Assembly (NCBI RefSeq): GCF_963921235.1
Contig: NC_086109.1
Location: forward strand, 36,024,001-36,088,000
Length of the DNA: 64,000 nt
Reading direction: 5' to 3'
Source of the DNA: Mobula hypostoma
Taxonomy: Eukaryota
Below are positions 49,870 through 64,000 of this stretch, one piece after another (the first letter of the stretch is position 1; the number at the start of each line of letters is the position of its first letter). Under the pieces are notes generated by a model, which did no database searches, was not told the origin of the DNA, and saw only the letters and a program-made list of their open reading frames with translations. The position numbers were made by a program, and so were the translations under genes.

Positions 49870-51224
49870 GTAAAGCATCATCTTGCAATTAAAATGATAT
49901 TGCCCTTAAAATTCTCTGATGAAGATATTACCATATAATTATTTAGTACACTGTTATGAAAGTTATTTATTTGTCATTTCAGTGGAAGATATATCCTTTA
50001 GTTTACGATGATTCATGATTGTTTATGACAATTTCTCTATTGGAAAGATTTTAAGAAATGGTTATTTTTAAAATCGTGGTTTTAAAACCAAACTTTATGA
50101 AGACCTGGTAGAGAGACAAGTAGTAATTAAAATGCTGATCTATTAAGCATTGATAGTGTTGTCCTACAGATAGTGTATAATAAGCAATGCAACAATTTGT
50201 CTTATCATTTAACAAAATACCCCACACATCATGTTGTTTTGCTACTTCATCTGTTCGAGTTGCAAATAAGAGATTAGATGGGTTGCAGAAATAGTGACGC
50301 AAGTCACAGGTTTTGCAGAGAATTCTGCCAGACAAATTTAGCCTTTACTTAAAAAAAAGTTATAAAGAATTTTAACTTTGTGTAGTTAATGTGGGCACTT
50401 TACAGTCAACAGCTAGAGAAAGGAGTACATAGAACAACAACAAATAACTTAGACTCTCGGTAGGTAATGATGCCTCATTGAATAACATCACAGTCTAGCA
50501 TACCGTCTTGTAAAGTATATCATTGTCAAAAAGGATCTGGTGCTCTCCCGGCGTATATGATGCACAAACTCTTCTCGGGCTTTATCTGGACCTGGCTGAG
50601 AGCCCGAGAAGAGTTGAAATATCATTGTCAAATTACAACTGTCAAGCAACAAAACCACTTTACATCTATAAAATAGCGTGCATGACATCCCTTTTGTAGA
50701 AGTTCTTTTCAGTCCCAGAAAATGGGCCATTGAGGTGATACCATGCTTCCTTCTGGACCAAAGATTTCTTCACTATTACCACTGATCCTATTCCCCTCAC
50801 TGCCATTTTGTTAGATGATGGTCAGCCAATTCACATCTGTCCAACCAGTCCGTGTTCCTTTCCGACATGCCACCTGAATGGCAGGAAAGTCCCAGAAATA
50901 AAACTTACAGCAATGGAGGATGTCATGTATTTGTGAATCCTTGGTCCAGTTTTGTGGCTAAATCTCCACATAATGTTGTAATGGATTTTTTTGACTACCT
51001 TTATTGAGTTAGCTTAACTATGATCCACTGCATATTCCTTAAGTAAAGACTTAAGAAGAGACTTGAACTCAGTGTCATTCCCAAAAATTGTTCCCTTCTC
51101 CGAGTCGATATATTTGGAGATGCCATGAAGGATACACTGGAGGTTTGCTGAATGGAATATTTTAAATGGTACTCTGAGCGAAATAGTGTTTTGTGGCGGA
51201 AATAGAAAATAATTACAATGATGG

Positions 51225-51760
51225 AGCTACTGTCAACGTGAGATTTTTTAAATTCTGAATGTTGTTGAGTTTCTTGAATGTTGTTTCAGCTACACTCTTC
51301 CAAGCTACTGGTATGTATTCTATTATGCCATTATTTGAGACTTGCAGGTGGCAGAAAAGCTTTGGGAAGTTGGGAGGTGAGTTACATAGACCACAATACC
51401 AAATTTCCATTGTATGTGTGTAGATACACTATGTTTGTGCCTGATCCAAAGGGTTATTCATCAATAGTAACTTTCTGGATGCTGATGATAAGCCTTCAAC
51501 AATCCAAATGCCATTAAACATCAAGGGGTAGTAATTAAACACTCTCTGGTGGATTTAACCATTCCTTCGTATTTGTGTGTGGTGAATATTATTTGTCTGT
51601 TATCATTCTAGTTCTGGAATTCTCATGATCTTGCTGCATGCAAAAAACAGACAGCTTCATTATCTGAGTTATGACTGGAACTGTTGGGCCTAGGACACTG
51701 CCCTGAAGAACTCGCTCAGTGATGTTCTGGGACTGACAAGACTTCAAGTACCATCCTCCT
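51225..51760 (-). mobile_element. Ancient CR1/L2-group LINE remnant
   Basis: EYIPVAWKSVAETTFKKLNNIQ resembles the post-RT region of CR1/L2 elements. Confidence 0.55.
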
Positions 51761-53652
51761 CATTGTACGATAGTGAAGTCTGGCTTAGCCAGTATACACA
51801 ATTGGACTTTGTTAGTCCAGAGTTGCAATTTTCAACTTCTTTGAAGATCTCATGGTTGAGTGTTTTTTGTTAGTTAATTGAGAACTATTGAAATGAATAC
51901 CAGCACAGTGTATAATGCTTGGAGAGCTTCTACTGAGAGAGAGAGAAAGAAAGACAGAAATCTTTTGGTTCATGAAGTACAACAATGTCAGAAGGAAGCA
52001 TGAACATTGAACAATTTTGATGATGAAATGTTCCTCATTAAAAGAAATGATGAATGCTTAAAAAATATACCCAGAGATAGAAATTCATTTTCTGCCACTC
52101 ATTCCAAGCACAGAAACGATCTTGAGGTGCACTCAGAGGTGGTGTGTAACACCAATCTGTTATCATGACATACAATAAAAATCTGAATGCAAGTGACAAT
52201 GGAACCATATTGCTATGGTTCTTTCTATTTCATGTTGAACCTGATCTGAATGTTTATCCCTCTGCCTCACTTTACTAACAAATGCAATACGATTGGTTGC
52301 CAAACTCATTGATAGATTTTAATCCCAGCACAAATAGACATTTTAGTATTTCAACTCTGTGCAAACTGCACAGGTCAAATTTCTGAAGATATCTGATTTA
52401 TGGAATTAAATACAATTTCAGTCATAATGGAAACACAGCATGTGAATAAACTTATGTGATCTTGGACTGTGATGATAGCTCTTATCTGTCAAGGCTTAGT
52501 GAAATAGTATTCATTAATTGAAGATAAATCAATTCATATTTTGAAATTTATATTGATTCCAAATCAAAGTTATATCCCCATTGTAGCTTTTTAATTATTT
52601 TACAGTTTCTGTCAATTACAACCACATTCAGCAGATAAAACATAGATTAGCTGCAAATGTTTTTCATATTAATATTTTGTTTCTGTTGTGGAAGATAAAT
52701 CTGATCTTCATCTCAAAGGCAATAAATTAGTTTTAAGATGTATGCTTTATTTTTCATCTAAAATCACAAGAAATTGCAAAAAATTGTGATCAATTCCAAA
52801 AGGAGACATCTTGACTCAACACTATTTCCATTAATTTGCTGAGACAAATTTGTATTCCCATTGGTTCTTAGACTTTATATTGAAATTAATTTACACAATG
52901 GCAAATGGGCTGTTTCAATGTTGCTGCAGTGATAAATTTTCGTACAAACATAAGGAAAGATGGCAACACAGGGTGCATATAATTTACAGCATAATTATAG
53001 CAATAACTGTAGTAAAATTGTAGGTTTTCAATTTGAATACTGTACATAATATGTAATTGCAGAATTGTTTTTATTTAAAATCTGACCAATTCTGACACAG
53101 AGAAAGTGGGTGAACGGAAATTATAAAATTTAATATTTCGTCTCAAAGCGACTGGGATGAAGAATTAAAACGGCACTCAATTTCACTCCCATTGACCTAA
53201 CGTCAGGAGCCTCCTGCACTGAACAGCACCTTATCTTCTGACTAGGCACTTGCTCTCCTCCAAATACCATAGCAGCTCAATATCAGTGTATTTTTATTAT
53301 AATGATCTATTTATTTGATGCCCAAAAGCTGGAAACACCTTCTACAAATAGTACAAAATAATTGATGTCATAGTCCATATCAGGTTATCTTAAAAATTCC
53401 ACTAGTAGATATATTAGTTGCTGTGTTGTTAACCTCAGCTATATTCTTACATTTTTATACCCTTATATTTTTCTCACTGAAAGATAATATATCTTGACAT
53501 AAATTTTTGCAACAAAACATCTGCCTTAACTAGAAAGATGCAAAATTTTAAAATTCATGTGTTTAGATTTGGAAGATAAGTGTTTTCAATGCAGAGGAAA
53601 AACAGCCACATTGTTTTCTTTAAATCAGGCCACATGATAGTTTATTAATTAC

Positions 53653-53800
53653 TAACAAGCCCATGCCGCCCAATTACACATACCCTGTGACCAATTAACA
53701 TACCAACTGGTATATCTTTGAGATGTGGGAGGAAACCGGAGGAAACCCATGCAGTCATGGGGAGAATGTATAAACTCCTTATAGACAGCAGCAGGAATTA
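53653..53800 (-). mobile_element. V-SINE (HE1-like) core
   Basis: Minus strand GGAGTTT...TTCTCCCCATGACTGCATGGGTTTCCTCCGGTTTCCTCCCACA matches the V-domain. Confidence 0.75.
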
Positions 53801-55084
53801 AGAGGTTATTGAGATATATCAAAACTGTGTAATGATTGAAATGCTCCAAGTTTTTCCTCATTATCTCCCAGGTCAGTCAAAGGTTTATCTAATCTTGTAT
53901 TAATGAGCTCTGATCCTGATATTTAAAAATAATCTCTGTCATTTATCAGCTGTAGGTTAATTGGATCATAGTAATTTAGCACTTGTATAGATGACTAGTG
54001 GGAGAATCAGGGTGGAATCGTTGGGTGCAGAAAAAAGCATAGACTGCAGGGAAATAAATGGGAGAACGAAAGAAATACAACAGCTCTGACAGCCAGTATA
54101 GTTTCAATGGGTTGAATGGCACATGGAAATATCAGATCCAGTAAAACTGATTAAATATATTTTATGACATAATTTAATATTATCCTGCATCAAAATAATT
54201 TTCTTAATGTATTTAGGTGGACTCTTCCTACAGCTTGATTAAAATGCAATGAATGTGCACTTTTGTATATTGTGATGTAGATCAGAGCTCCCAAGTTGTA
54301 ATTTGGATAATAATGCAAATTTTCTCAGAGACACAAACAGCAGACAAATATTCATTAAAATGCTGATTACATTACATGTGAATTTCTGTTTATGAAAATA
54401 CAAATTTACTATAAATGCTAGGAACATGTTGAAATCTCAGTCAATGATTTTAACTATATCATTTAAACCATTTTTATTAGCATATATTCCTTGTCCTACC
54501 AATCTGAGAAAAACAATGTGATCACTGTTAAGAGTGTTAGAATTGGATATTGGGTTCAGCAGGATATGACAGAAAGTGCTGAATAAGTAATTTAGCTCAC
54601 ACAATTGGGTTATGAATTGCAGATAAAATGCAGATGAATTTGCATTGAATAACACTGGTGCTAAAAATTGACAGTTTCTCTGTTTCTCTTCTCATGGATG
54701 CAGCTTGACCTGCTAAAGTTTTCCAGCATTGTTTTTTTCCCAGCAGCTGTAGTTTATTTATTTTCATTCAAAAACTTTTAGTAGATTATTTGTTCCTGGT
54801 TCCTTTTCATGATCATCTAAAATGTTTCTACAAGGTTCATTTATCACATATGTGTTTTGTTAAATAGTCCACCAATGGAGCTGGAACTTTAATTACTAAT
54901 TCAGTAAATTATGTAATTACATCGGTTCAGGTAATGAAGTATGCTTGCCAACCATTTGCATTTCAAAATAAATGTCAAATTTAACAGAAGGAAACATTGA
55001 AATTGAAGAAATGTATCAGAAAACACATTTGTATGTAGGATATGCTATTGTTCAAAGCTACTGCAAACCAGGTTCCAGTCAGAC

Positions 55085-55300
55085 CTCTGATGCTTTCCAT
55101 GTTAACCCTGTAACTGTTTTTCCCAGGTGCGTCAGTTCTTTCCCAAAATGGGAGATGTGCAGGTTGTCCGATCCGGTTAATTGGCCACTGTAAATTACTC
55201 CTGATGTAGGGGTGTGACTGTTAGGTATGGAGAGCCAGAGACATTCATGAGCATGTGAGAAAGAGTAAGTGGGGGAATGGGATTGCCCTAAAAGCTGACG
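55085..55300 (+). mobile_element. Decayed V-SINE
   Basis: Degenerate V-domain followed by GGTTAATTGGCCACTGTAAATT. Confidence 0.5.
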
Positions 55301-56489
55301 TAAGATTGAGGTCTTGAGGTATTGAGGTCTCTGCTGTCATGAAACATGGTAAAAGGAGTAAATGGCAGTTTTTAAGTTCAAGAGGTTTAGTTATTAAGCC
55401 GCTACAGCCTTGTAACTCAGATTCCTAGATTTAGTGTTTTCTTTCTATTTTTTGGTAATTTCAGATTGTATTAATCCTTTCCTAGTTACATTTCCCCCCT
55501 TCCCCTCTAAACTTATACTATGTTATTTCACTAACTTTTCCCACTTCGTGCAGCCAGCTCTGTCACCACTTCTACTGCTGAGTCACCTATTTTTCATTTT
55601 GTTCTCTGCACTGCTCCTTCCTTTCTAAAGCAGCATAGATACAAAACACAGCTAAATTCCATCTCTCTCTAACACAGCCCTGACAATAGCATTGACACTA
55701 AAATTTGGCGGTTTCTCTTCTCATGAATGTTGCTTGACCTGCTGAAGTTTTCCTGCATTTTCTAATTTTTTTTCAGCAGCTGAAGTTTCCTTATCTTCAC
55801 TTAAAATTTAATTTCTCTGGATGTGTCCTTGTGTACATGGTTATAAAATTGATTTGACTCAACTCGGCAGGTTATAAGCTTGAAATATTTACTCAAGTTC
55901 CCTCTCCGTGGATACGGCGTGACCTGTTGAGTATGTCTAACAGTTTGCTTTACTTCACATTTTCAGCATAATTTTGCATTAAACAGGCATATTACAGACT
56001 AAAGTAAGAGTTCAGTATAGCAGATAAAAAGTGACTTGGGCCAAGATAGTAAACAAACAGAATCATATTGGTCTCCTAATGAATGCTCCATTTGCTTCCA
56101 TTAGCTCCAAACAAAACATCAAATGTGCCACATAATGAGCAATCAGTACAATTCCATCTCTTTTATATATTCATTCACTTTCAATTTTTCATCTTAATGT
56201 TAATAATATAAATCAGAAATACAGAACTATAGCATAAATATCTAATTATGCTGATGAATTTACATTTATTTATCGGATAATTTTGCAGTTTTAACTTTGT
56301 TGCAGTGAAATATGATATGCATAATGGAAGTGCTAGCAGCAAAATTACAATTTTCCTAACTCCAACATAAAGGCCATTTGTGAATATTTTATTTAATTGA
56401 GAATGAAGGAGAAATGGTATCCAGCAGAATGGTTCATTTCTCAGGCTCCCAAAATAAATGTCAAGACCTTTCATCCTCTCATTGAGGAC

Positions 56490-56875
56490 TATAAGACACA
56501 GGAGCAGAAGTATGCTATTTTGGCCGATTCAGTCTTCTCTACCATTCCATTAAGGCTGATTTATTGTTCTCTTAACCCTATTTTCCTGCCTTCTCCCGTG
56601 ACCTTTGATACCCTAACTAATCAAAAACCTATCAACCTCTATCTTAAATCTACCCGATAACTTGGCCTCTGAAAATGTCTATGACAACAAATTCCACAGA
56701 TTCACTTCCACCTGGCTGAAAAAGATATTCCTTATCTCTGTCCTTAAGGGATATCCTCATATCTTAGGGCTGTGCTCTCTAGATTTAGACTTCCCCATTA
56801 TAGGAAATATCCTCCCCACATCCAATCTATCTTGACCTTTCAATGTTCAGTCAGCTTCAATGAAATCCCCCCCAC
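56490..56875 (-). mobile_element. CR1 LINE 3' fragment
   Basis: Similar to 1590-1860 and 25930-26320. Confidence 0.7.
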
Positions 56876-57154
56876 CAATTATTTCCTTTGACATAAAATA
56901 AGAACAACATCATCTGCTGCTGGAAATCTCGTCAATTTAGTAACAGACTTACTTTAGTCTGCCTGAGACACTTTGGCCTTCCAGTGTGAGGAGATGACTG
57001 CAAACAAATACAACTGATTTACAAATTCCAAATGCAGGAATGCATGCTGGGAGGTACACTGAGGCCTAAGGAATATGCTGAAGATTGACACAAATCTAGG
57101 CTCTTGCTGCAATTGAACACCACAAGGCAGGGCCCTGTGCAACAGTCTCTCAAA

Positions 57155-58500
57155 TGTTTGTTGTGTCATCAGCAAACTTGGTGATTCAGTTTAAAATGGA
57201 TCTAGCAGTGCAGTCCACACGTCAGTAGCATGAACAGCAGTGGGCTGTGGATGTAGCCCTGGGGAGCGCCAGTGCTCTGCGTGATAGAGCTAGAGATGTG
57301 TTTTGCCAACACGGAATGACTGTGCCCTTTCTGTCAAGCAGACCAGGATCCAGTTGTAGAGAAAGGTGTTGCGAGCCAGCGAGGACATTTTGCCCATCAG
57401 TTTCTGAGGGATGATCGTATCGATAAAACCATCCCAGCATATGAGGCACCATTTTCTAGATGGGACAGCTCGGAGTGGAGTGCAGAGGCTATGGCATCGT
57501 CAGTGGACCAATTTGAGTGATAAGCAAACTGGAAAGTATCCAATGTAGCGCAAGATGGGATTTAATATGATCCATAACCAGACACTCGAAGCACTTCATT
57601 ATTGTTGAAACCAGTGCCACTGGATGGTAGTCTTTGAGGCAAGTTATGGGAAATGGGATAATAGTGGCCACCTTGAAGCCTAAGGAGACAGTAGACTGTT
57701 CCACAGAGAGGTTGAGAATGTCTTTTAGAGTCCTTGTTAACTGGGGGGGGGGGGCCAAAGTCCCTCAGCACTGGACCAGATATGTTATCAGACCCCACAG
57801 CTTTATATGAGTTGACTCTGGCTAGAGTCTTCCTCACATCAGCTGTGGCTAGACAGAGTGCCTGCTCCTCAGGGGCAGAGGGGCCTTCCTTGCAAGCACA
57901 TTGTTCTATGCATCAAACTGAGCATAAAAGACTTTCGGCCTATCAGGAGTAGAAGGGACACTGCCGTTGACGTGCAGGGTAGACTCGTAATCAGTTTTGG
58001 TCTGAGTACCCTACCAAAGGTGCCTCATTTCTCTGGTGTCACAGAAACGGCGATACATTCTCTGTATCTTGTCTTCCTGATGGCGTGGGGTAGCACAGCT
58101 CTAGCTGACCTGAGAGCTGTCTTATCTCCCAATCTGAAGGCAGCATCCCGATCTCTTAGCTGTGCTTGAACCTCTGCTGACAACCATGGCTTCAGATTTG
58201 CCCTCGCAATGTGCTTAATAATAACAACTTCCTTAATGCTCTTCTCTGTGTAGCCTGTCACAAATCTCACATGTTCATCGATGTTAATGGGATGGTCATA
58301 GGTAGCTGCCTCCCTGAGCATGTCCCAGTCCACGTTTACAAATCAGTCCCGTAATGCTGAGGTTGCTCCTTTTGGCCAGGTCTTTATCTCCCTTTGAATT
58401 AGTTTGACATTTAATCAGAGGTCAGTATGCAGGAATTTGCATAACAGATAAGTAGTCAGAGTATCTGAGGTAACTGCAGGGAGCAGTTTTGTATGTGCCA
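57155..58500 (-). mobile_element. Rex1/Babar-like LINE internal fragment
   Basis: KPWLSAEV...RDAAFR, KAVGSDNI, DYHPVALVSTIMKCFE peptides. Confidence 0.82.
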
Positions 58501-59414
58501 CTATCTGAAACAAAACTGACAATTAAAATGTGGTTAAGCAGGGAACAGAAAATGAGTTAAAGAAATGTAAGGATGTCATTCTAGAACATATTATCAGCAA
58601 GCCTCTTAAACATCCACTTCCCAGAAGGGCATGAGGAATAACTGGAGAAGCAACTGGCCATCTAGGCATCCTACAAAATACAAAGCACTAAATGTCTTGT
58701 TAAGTTAATTGTCTCATCATTTGACCAAAATATTACTGACATTGAACTCAAATCCCACACTGACAGATGTAATAGATTCTGGAATTCAAAACATTATCAG
58801 CAATGGTGATCCAAGATTACTGGAAATTTTTTAGAGAAATTTTCTATTCCTTGCTGGCCTTTCTGGAGGTGACTCTTACCTTTGCTTTAGCCTGGCCAAG
58901 GAAAGCATTTCAAGGAAACCAAAGATTAGTCTCACCAATAATGCTTGCATCCTACAAGTGAATAAATGGAAATATAAGTGACCAATAGGTCACATGCAGA
59001 GGCATGTCTTTCCAATGTCTTGTGTCAGATCCCAACACCCATTATCAAGTCATGGTTGACTGCCAGGCAATGAACTGTTCTCAATACATTGACAGCACAA
59101 CAATCTAACAGAATCATTTCTTGAAAAAGCATTTGAAACGTGTTCAGAAAAATGTTTCCAACTTCAGCCAAAGGTTATAAATTAATATTTGGAAATAGTA
59201 GATCCTTGCCATTAATCCTCTGAAGATCAAAAATATATCAAGTGGAAGATAAAGGTTTATTGTAACAAAGATATGGAAACTATTGTGATTTAATTTGTTA
59301 CATGAAACCAGATTTTGCAACTGTTGATTTAGAGACCTTGAAATAAAGACTTCATTTGATGGTAGATATTTTTTCTCATTTGTAGCTAACATTTTAAAGA
59401 GTTTATCCAATCAC

Positions 59415-59812
59415 AAACAAGATAAAATCTGCAGATGCAGATCAAAGCAACACACACAAAATGCTGGAGAAACTCAATGGGCCAGGCAGCATCTATTGAA
59501 AAAATGTACAGTCGACGACGTTTTGGGCTGAGACCCTTCAGCAGGACTAGAGAACAAAAAGATGAGGAGTAGATTTAAAAGGTGGGGGAGGGGAGAGCGA
59601 AACACAAGGTGATAGGTGAAGCTGGAAGGGGGAAGGATGAAGTAAAGAAGGTTGATTGGTGAAAGAGAAGGAGTATGGAGAAGGAGAAGTCTGATAGGAG
59701 AGAACGGATGACCATGGAAGAAATAAAAGGGGGGAGGAGCACCAGAGGGAGGCAATGGGCAGGCAAGAAGATAAGGTGAGAGGGGGAAAAGGAGATGGGG
59801 GGTGGGGAGTTC
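59415..59812 (-). mobile_element. Penelope-like terminal fragment with hammerhead remnant
   Basis: Same organisation as 3975-4372; hammerhead-like motif at ~59510-59548. Confidence 0.75.
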
Positions 59813-62800
59813 AAGAAATCAATTTTAACGAGTTTACTGTTTTGGAAGACAATACTATAAATTTCATAGATAATCAATGTCAGTTTGTACAGTAGCTACA
59901 GATGGGTAACAGAAGAAGAAAATACTCGAAGTTCCCAACAACTCAGGCAGCATCTACCGAAAGAAAGGGAGCCAATGTATCAATCAATGACTTTTCGTCT
60001 GAACTGGAAAAGTTCTGAGAAAACAAATATTGCAGAAAGAGGAAAGGCTAGAATGAAGTGAAGGAATGTCCATATTACATCTTCCCAGCATTCTCTATTT
60101 TTGTTTTGGATTTCCAACCTCTACAGGGTTTTTTTCCCTCTAGCCACAATTAAATACCCTGTTAGATTGAAGGTGAATATAAGACTAATTCAATACTGAC
60201 ATCAGACAAGTGAAAAACACTCTGGTCAAGAACTTTTCAATTCCACTTGACAGCAAATAACTCAAAATCAGATGCTAACAATACGATTTGATTTTTACAT
60301 TTAGTTGAGCTGCCACTTATTGCAAAATTGTCTAATTGTTCCTGTCAGCAAACCACGCTCTATGAATAATGTGACAATTCATGCTCATTCTACCATTTCA
60401 CCTCTCTATTAGGTTTGGCAAAAGGTCATATTGTGCATTTATTGTTCTCATCCGAATGCCACTAACTCCACAGCCTTCTTGAATTTTGCAAACTGCAGAG
60501 ACAGGAATAGCATTTCATGCTTTTTAAAATATAAATCATGAACAGGGTTAGAAGGAGGTGAAACAGGCTGTGAAGCTGAACACACATCACTTTCAATGAT
60601 GAGGTGTTATATTTTTGCTGCTAAATTCCTTTTAAGTCTGAAGATTGTTCATTTTTGTTCGATCACTTGACATCTATGGAGTTTCAAGCATGTTATTAGT
60701 TTTACTGATGAACTTTTAATTACTATTTGATGCTGTTAAACTTTAGAGGTAAAACTGTGGGATGGGGGAGCGGCTGCTGAATTTAATTCACAAGAACAAT
60801 TTTGTTGATATGTGGCAAGGATTAACATTAGTGAACTTTCAAGCAGCAGAGCAACTCAGTGCCAACACTCTTGCTTTCTGATTTAATGAGAGGGCATGGA
60901 TGAGTTGCCCGTCAGGGTTTTAATTATTGCAGGTGCTGCTTAATTAGTGGCTCAATTAATGCTTTAAAGAGACATTAATGAGTCCTTTTTAAAATTGTTT
61001 TGAACTTGGCCCCAAATTTAACATGCAGCATGGTTTCCTGGGGTACAGCAATAGGGATACAGAGGTGAGTTTTGGTATCAGTTTAGGTGAGTATTTCAAC
61101 ATTACTTAATCTACCCATGCATCCATTTAGCATTTGCATGCATTCAAAGCCAAGTAGTGGCATTTTCTGCTGACCAGATGTTGCTTACAGAGTCCCCTGC
61201 TGAAATTGGTCGGTGGTAATGAATCCAGAATGTGTGCCACAGTTGGATCTACTCCACAATGGCAAGTTTCTGGTGGAAATGTTTTGAATTGGCTCAGAAC
61301 CATCAGCTGTTAAACAATATCTGTTTGTATTTGCTATGAGCATCTCTAGTTCAACCATGAAAGTGATAAAAATTCAAATGTGGTTAAATTAAATTGTGTC
61401 CAACACTGGATGTGGGGATGATGGTGCAGTCTGCTTCTGCTGAGGGCAACACGCTATCTGCATGATACCACCATAACATGACTGCAGCATGCTACCAGTG
61501 CTCACCTTATTGCATGCCTTGCAAATGGACAATATTGTGACTGGCTAGCATTAGTAAAAATAATAGTCAGCATATCTATAACGAAAGAAGATGTGGAAGC
61601 TTCATTAGTTACTGAAGCTAGAGCAAGTCGTGTAATTAAAAGACAGAAGATGGAATATCCTCTTTATCAGCCCTCTATCTTACAGTCCAATTTCCTGCTT
61701 CATACAATCTTTAGATTTCGATCATTGGATATGAATACATTTTTTTTATTTACTGCCCATTTCTTTCATTACAATGTCACCATTGTCTTCATCTGGGCAG
61801 GCGAAAGTTGTAAACAGGGCCTGTCATAGTGGAAAAGCAACAAGACTACTGATAATGGGGGGGGGGGGGGAGAAAAACATGCCTTGATTTTAAACCCGAG
61901 CCAGCAGCTAAAAATCTACACAGTTCAGCAGATAAAGTTGGAGCCCACATCTGGTGAATCAACAGGCATGTTCCTTTGCTCTCGCTCTTGCTTATCAAGC
62001 AACCAAACTGGAGGACTGCTACCCAATCTATGGTGTTGCAAACTGAAGCTGGTTATTGTAGACCAAGGTCAATGATGCCCCCCAAGGCTACCTGGTCTAC
62101 TCCAATGAAAATAAACAGACTTCCACCACTAATGCTGCACCTGCCAACATCACACTACTTTGGACAAGGTTCCATGGAAAACAAGATTAAACGAAGCACA
62201 AGGAAGATTGTTTGACCTCTCTACTCAATTGATCCATCAAACAATCAAATTGATTAAGCAATTTGGCTTGAAATATGTGTTTCTTATTTATATTTCACAT
62301 GGTTATAATGTGATTGTTAACATGACAGAAATGGTAAGGCATAGGACCATCAAAGACCAAGGAATTGAGTTGAAGTAGCTGCATTAATGGTTGGATTAGT
62401 TTGCTGTTAAAAGCTCATTCAGGATAGGAATTTCGAGCTTGTCTCTTCTTTCCCAGCTCTTAGCTGAAAGCACTCCCATGAAGTGAAGGTGGGCTACCAT
62501 CATGAATCTTGTCTTCTCTACAGTTGATTATGCATGATGCTCATTAGATTATGGATCGCACACCAGAGTAATAGGCAGTCTTAGCTTTGTCATTGAAGCA
62601 ACATCAATGTAGTCAGGATTATGATTACTCAGAATTGTATCATGGTCTTGGCTACACCTAACAGGCACTCGTGGGGTAGACTCCCATTTGATTGCGGAAC
62701 GTTATATCTGAGTTTATATCTGAAATAGCTGTGCATATATAACCTATAGTGTTCTATGTCATGAACATTAATCTATGTTAAACCCCAGCCAGCAGCTATG

Positions 62801-64000
62801 TAGATAGTGCCCCTCCTGCTGTATACCAAAGGGAATGCACCCTAATGCACCCAGCTCTCTGAACAACTGATCTGTGCTGTAATCTCAGGTTCAAGACCCC
62901 AACATGATTCCTGATAGATGTTTAGAAAGTTATTTTTTTTTATAGAACTTGAGTTTTTTTTTTAAAAAAGCAAATTCTAGTTTAGTAAACAAATAAAATT
63001 AATTTCACCAAGCCTGTGAATGAATGATAATTCCTTTTAATGGGACTAGTATCCTACAGATGCATGTTCAGCTGTGCAAGATTAACAGATGGTGTTAGCT
63101 GGGCTTTGAAATACAAAATGGTTTCTCAATCAGTGTACTGTATGTATTCCTACTGGTGTAAGCTGTGACTTGTGCACTAAACGTGGGTGTTTGCACTGGA
63201 TGCCATATTGAAAGAAAAGTACTGCTTATTACACAAAAAGAATAGTCTTGCTTTGGTACACTGAATGTTCTGCTGATCGCCTTATTATTAATTTCTGAAA
63301 CCTGTTTCATTTGCTGTATTACAGTTACAAGAGTTATATCATTATATTGAATTGTACTCTATATTTGCATGATAATGCTTATCTATCCTTTCTATTAGAA
63401 ATGTCACATTTTCAAGGTTACAATGAAATAGGTTTTAATTTATTCCAATTCTAGCTTAGATGATGAAAATGACTGTAATTATTGAACCCTTAGCCATATT
63501 ATTATAAATTTTATATATTCCTTCAAAAATATCATTCATAGATGATGCACAATGTCAATATTATACTCCAACTGAATGTTCAGAAATTCAGGAATTTTTT
63601 TTACTTATGTTAGCTAAATTGTTTTCTACATTTTTGGATAGCAGAATTATAAAAAAAATTATAACACAGTGAACAACATTTAACTTGCTGGGCCCAAGTT
63701 AAGTGAAATCAGCTTCCTTTTTTTTTACATTACACCCCTGTGCGCTTCTTAACACTCGGGAAGGTTTATATTTGGGATATCTCCCTTCTGTCTTCGAGGG
63801 TGAATAGTTGCCCCTAAACTCTCACTATCTCCGCCCACGCCACTCCTGCATGGTTTTCTGTTCTTGTTCAGTCACCTCTCATGTTTAACAGAAGTGGGTC
63901 TAAACCTGATTGTGAACCTTTCATTGTGGTTTATCTTGTCCTTCCCCATGTCTGTGCTAAATCAAAGTGAATTGTGATCATTGTCAGAAGGCTGTTCTAT

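Noticed and set aside
49870..49892. ORF continuation GKASSCN* after the GRM4 exon
   Set aside because: Similarity to mGlu4 ends at a good GT donor; this is read-through into the intron. The ATG at 49623 is an internal Met, not a start codon.
60740..61220. TAAT-rich segment suggesting a homeodomain-bound enhancer
   Set aside because: Cannot be distinguished from an ancient repeat without alignment; motif density is unremarkable in AT-rich DNA.
49893..64000. Canonical GRM4 last exon (KQTYVTYTNHAI-like)
   Set aside because: Searched by eye and not found; probably beyond the window, though a short exon could have been missed.

Overview
This is AT-rich, repeat-dense vertebrate intronic DNA. The repeat repertoire (CR1, Rex1, RTE, Penelope-like elements, V-SINE, Tc1, Gypsy) suggests a cartilaginous fish, probably a ray; that is an inference. 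The only host coding sequence I can support is one 247-nt exon (49623-49869, +) of a group III metabotropic glutamate receptor, best matching GRM4. It encodes TM7 and the proximal C-tail. The preceding large exon and the terminal exon were not found, so the window is mostly two long introns. Five structures stand out. (1) A 4.9-kb Gmr1-like LTR retrotransposon (integrase upstream of RT, SCAN-containing gag, tRNA-Pro PBS) whose pol is collapsed by several in-frame deletions into one open 343-aa frame; it sits inside a CR1, with a related solo LTR nearby. (2) Many Penelope-like termini carrying decayed copies of a minimal type I hammerhead ribozyme motif, some as short TSD-flanked or fold-back units. 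(3) A three-level nest: a solo LTR inside a Tc1 transposase inside the LTR of an old Gypsy element. (4) A near-full-length CR1 with an SGNH-esterase ORF1. (5) Several non-autonomous Tc1 derivatives and SINEs. All calls are by eye; boundaries of decayed repeats are approximate.
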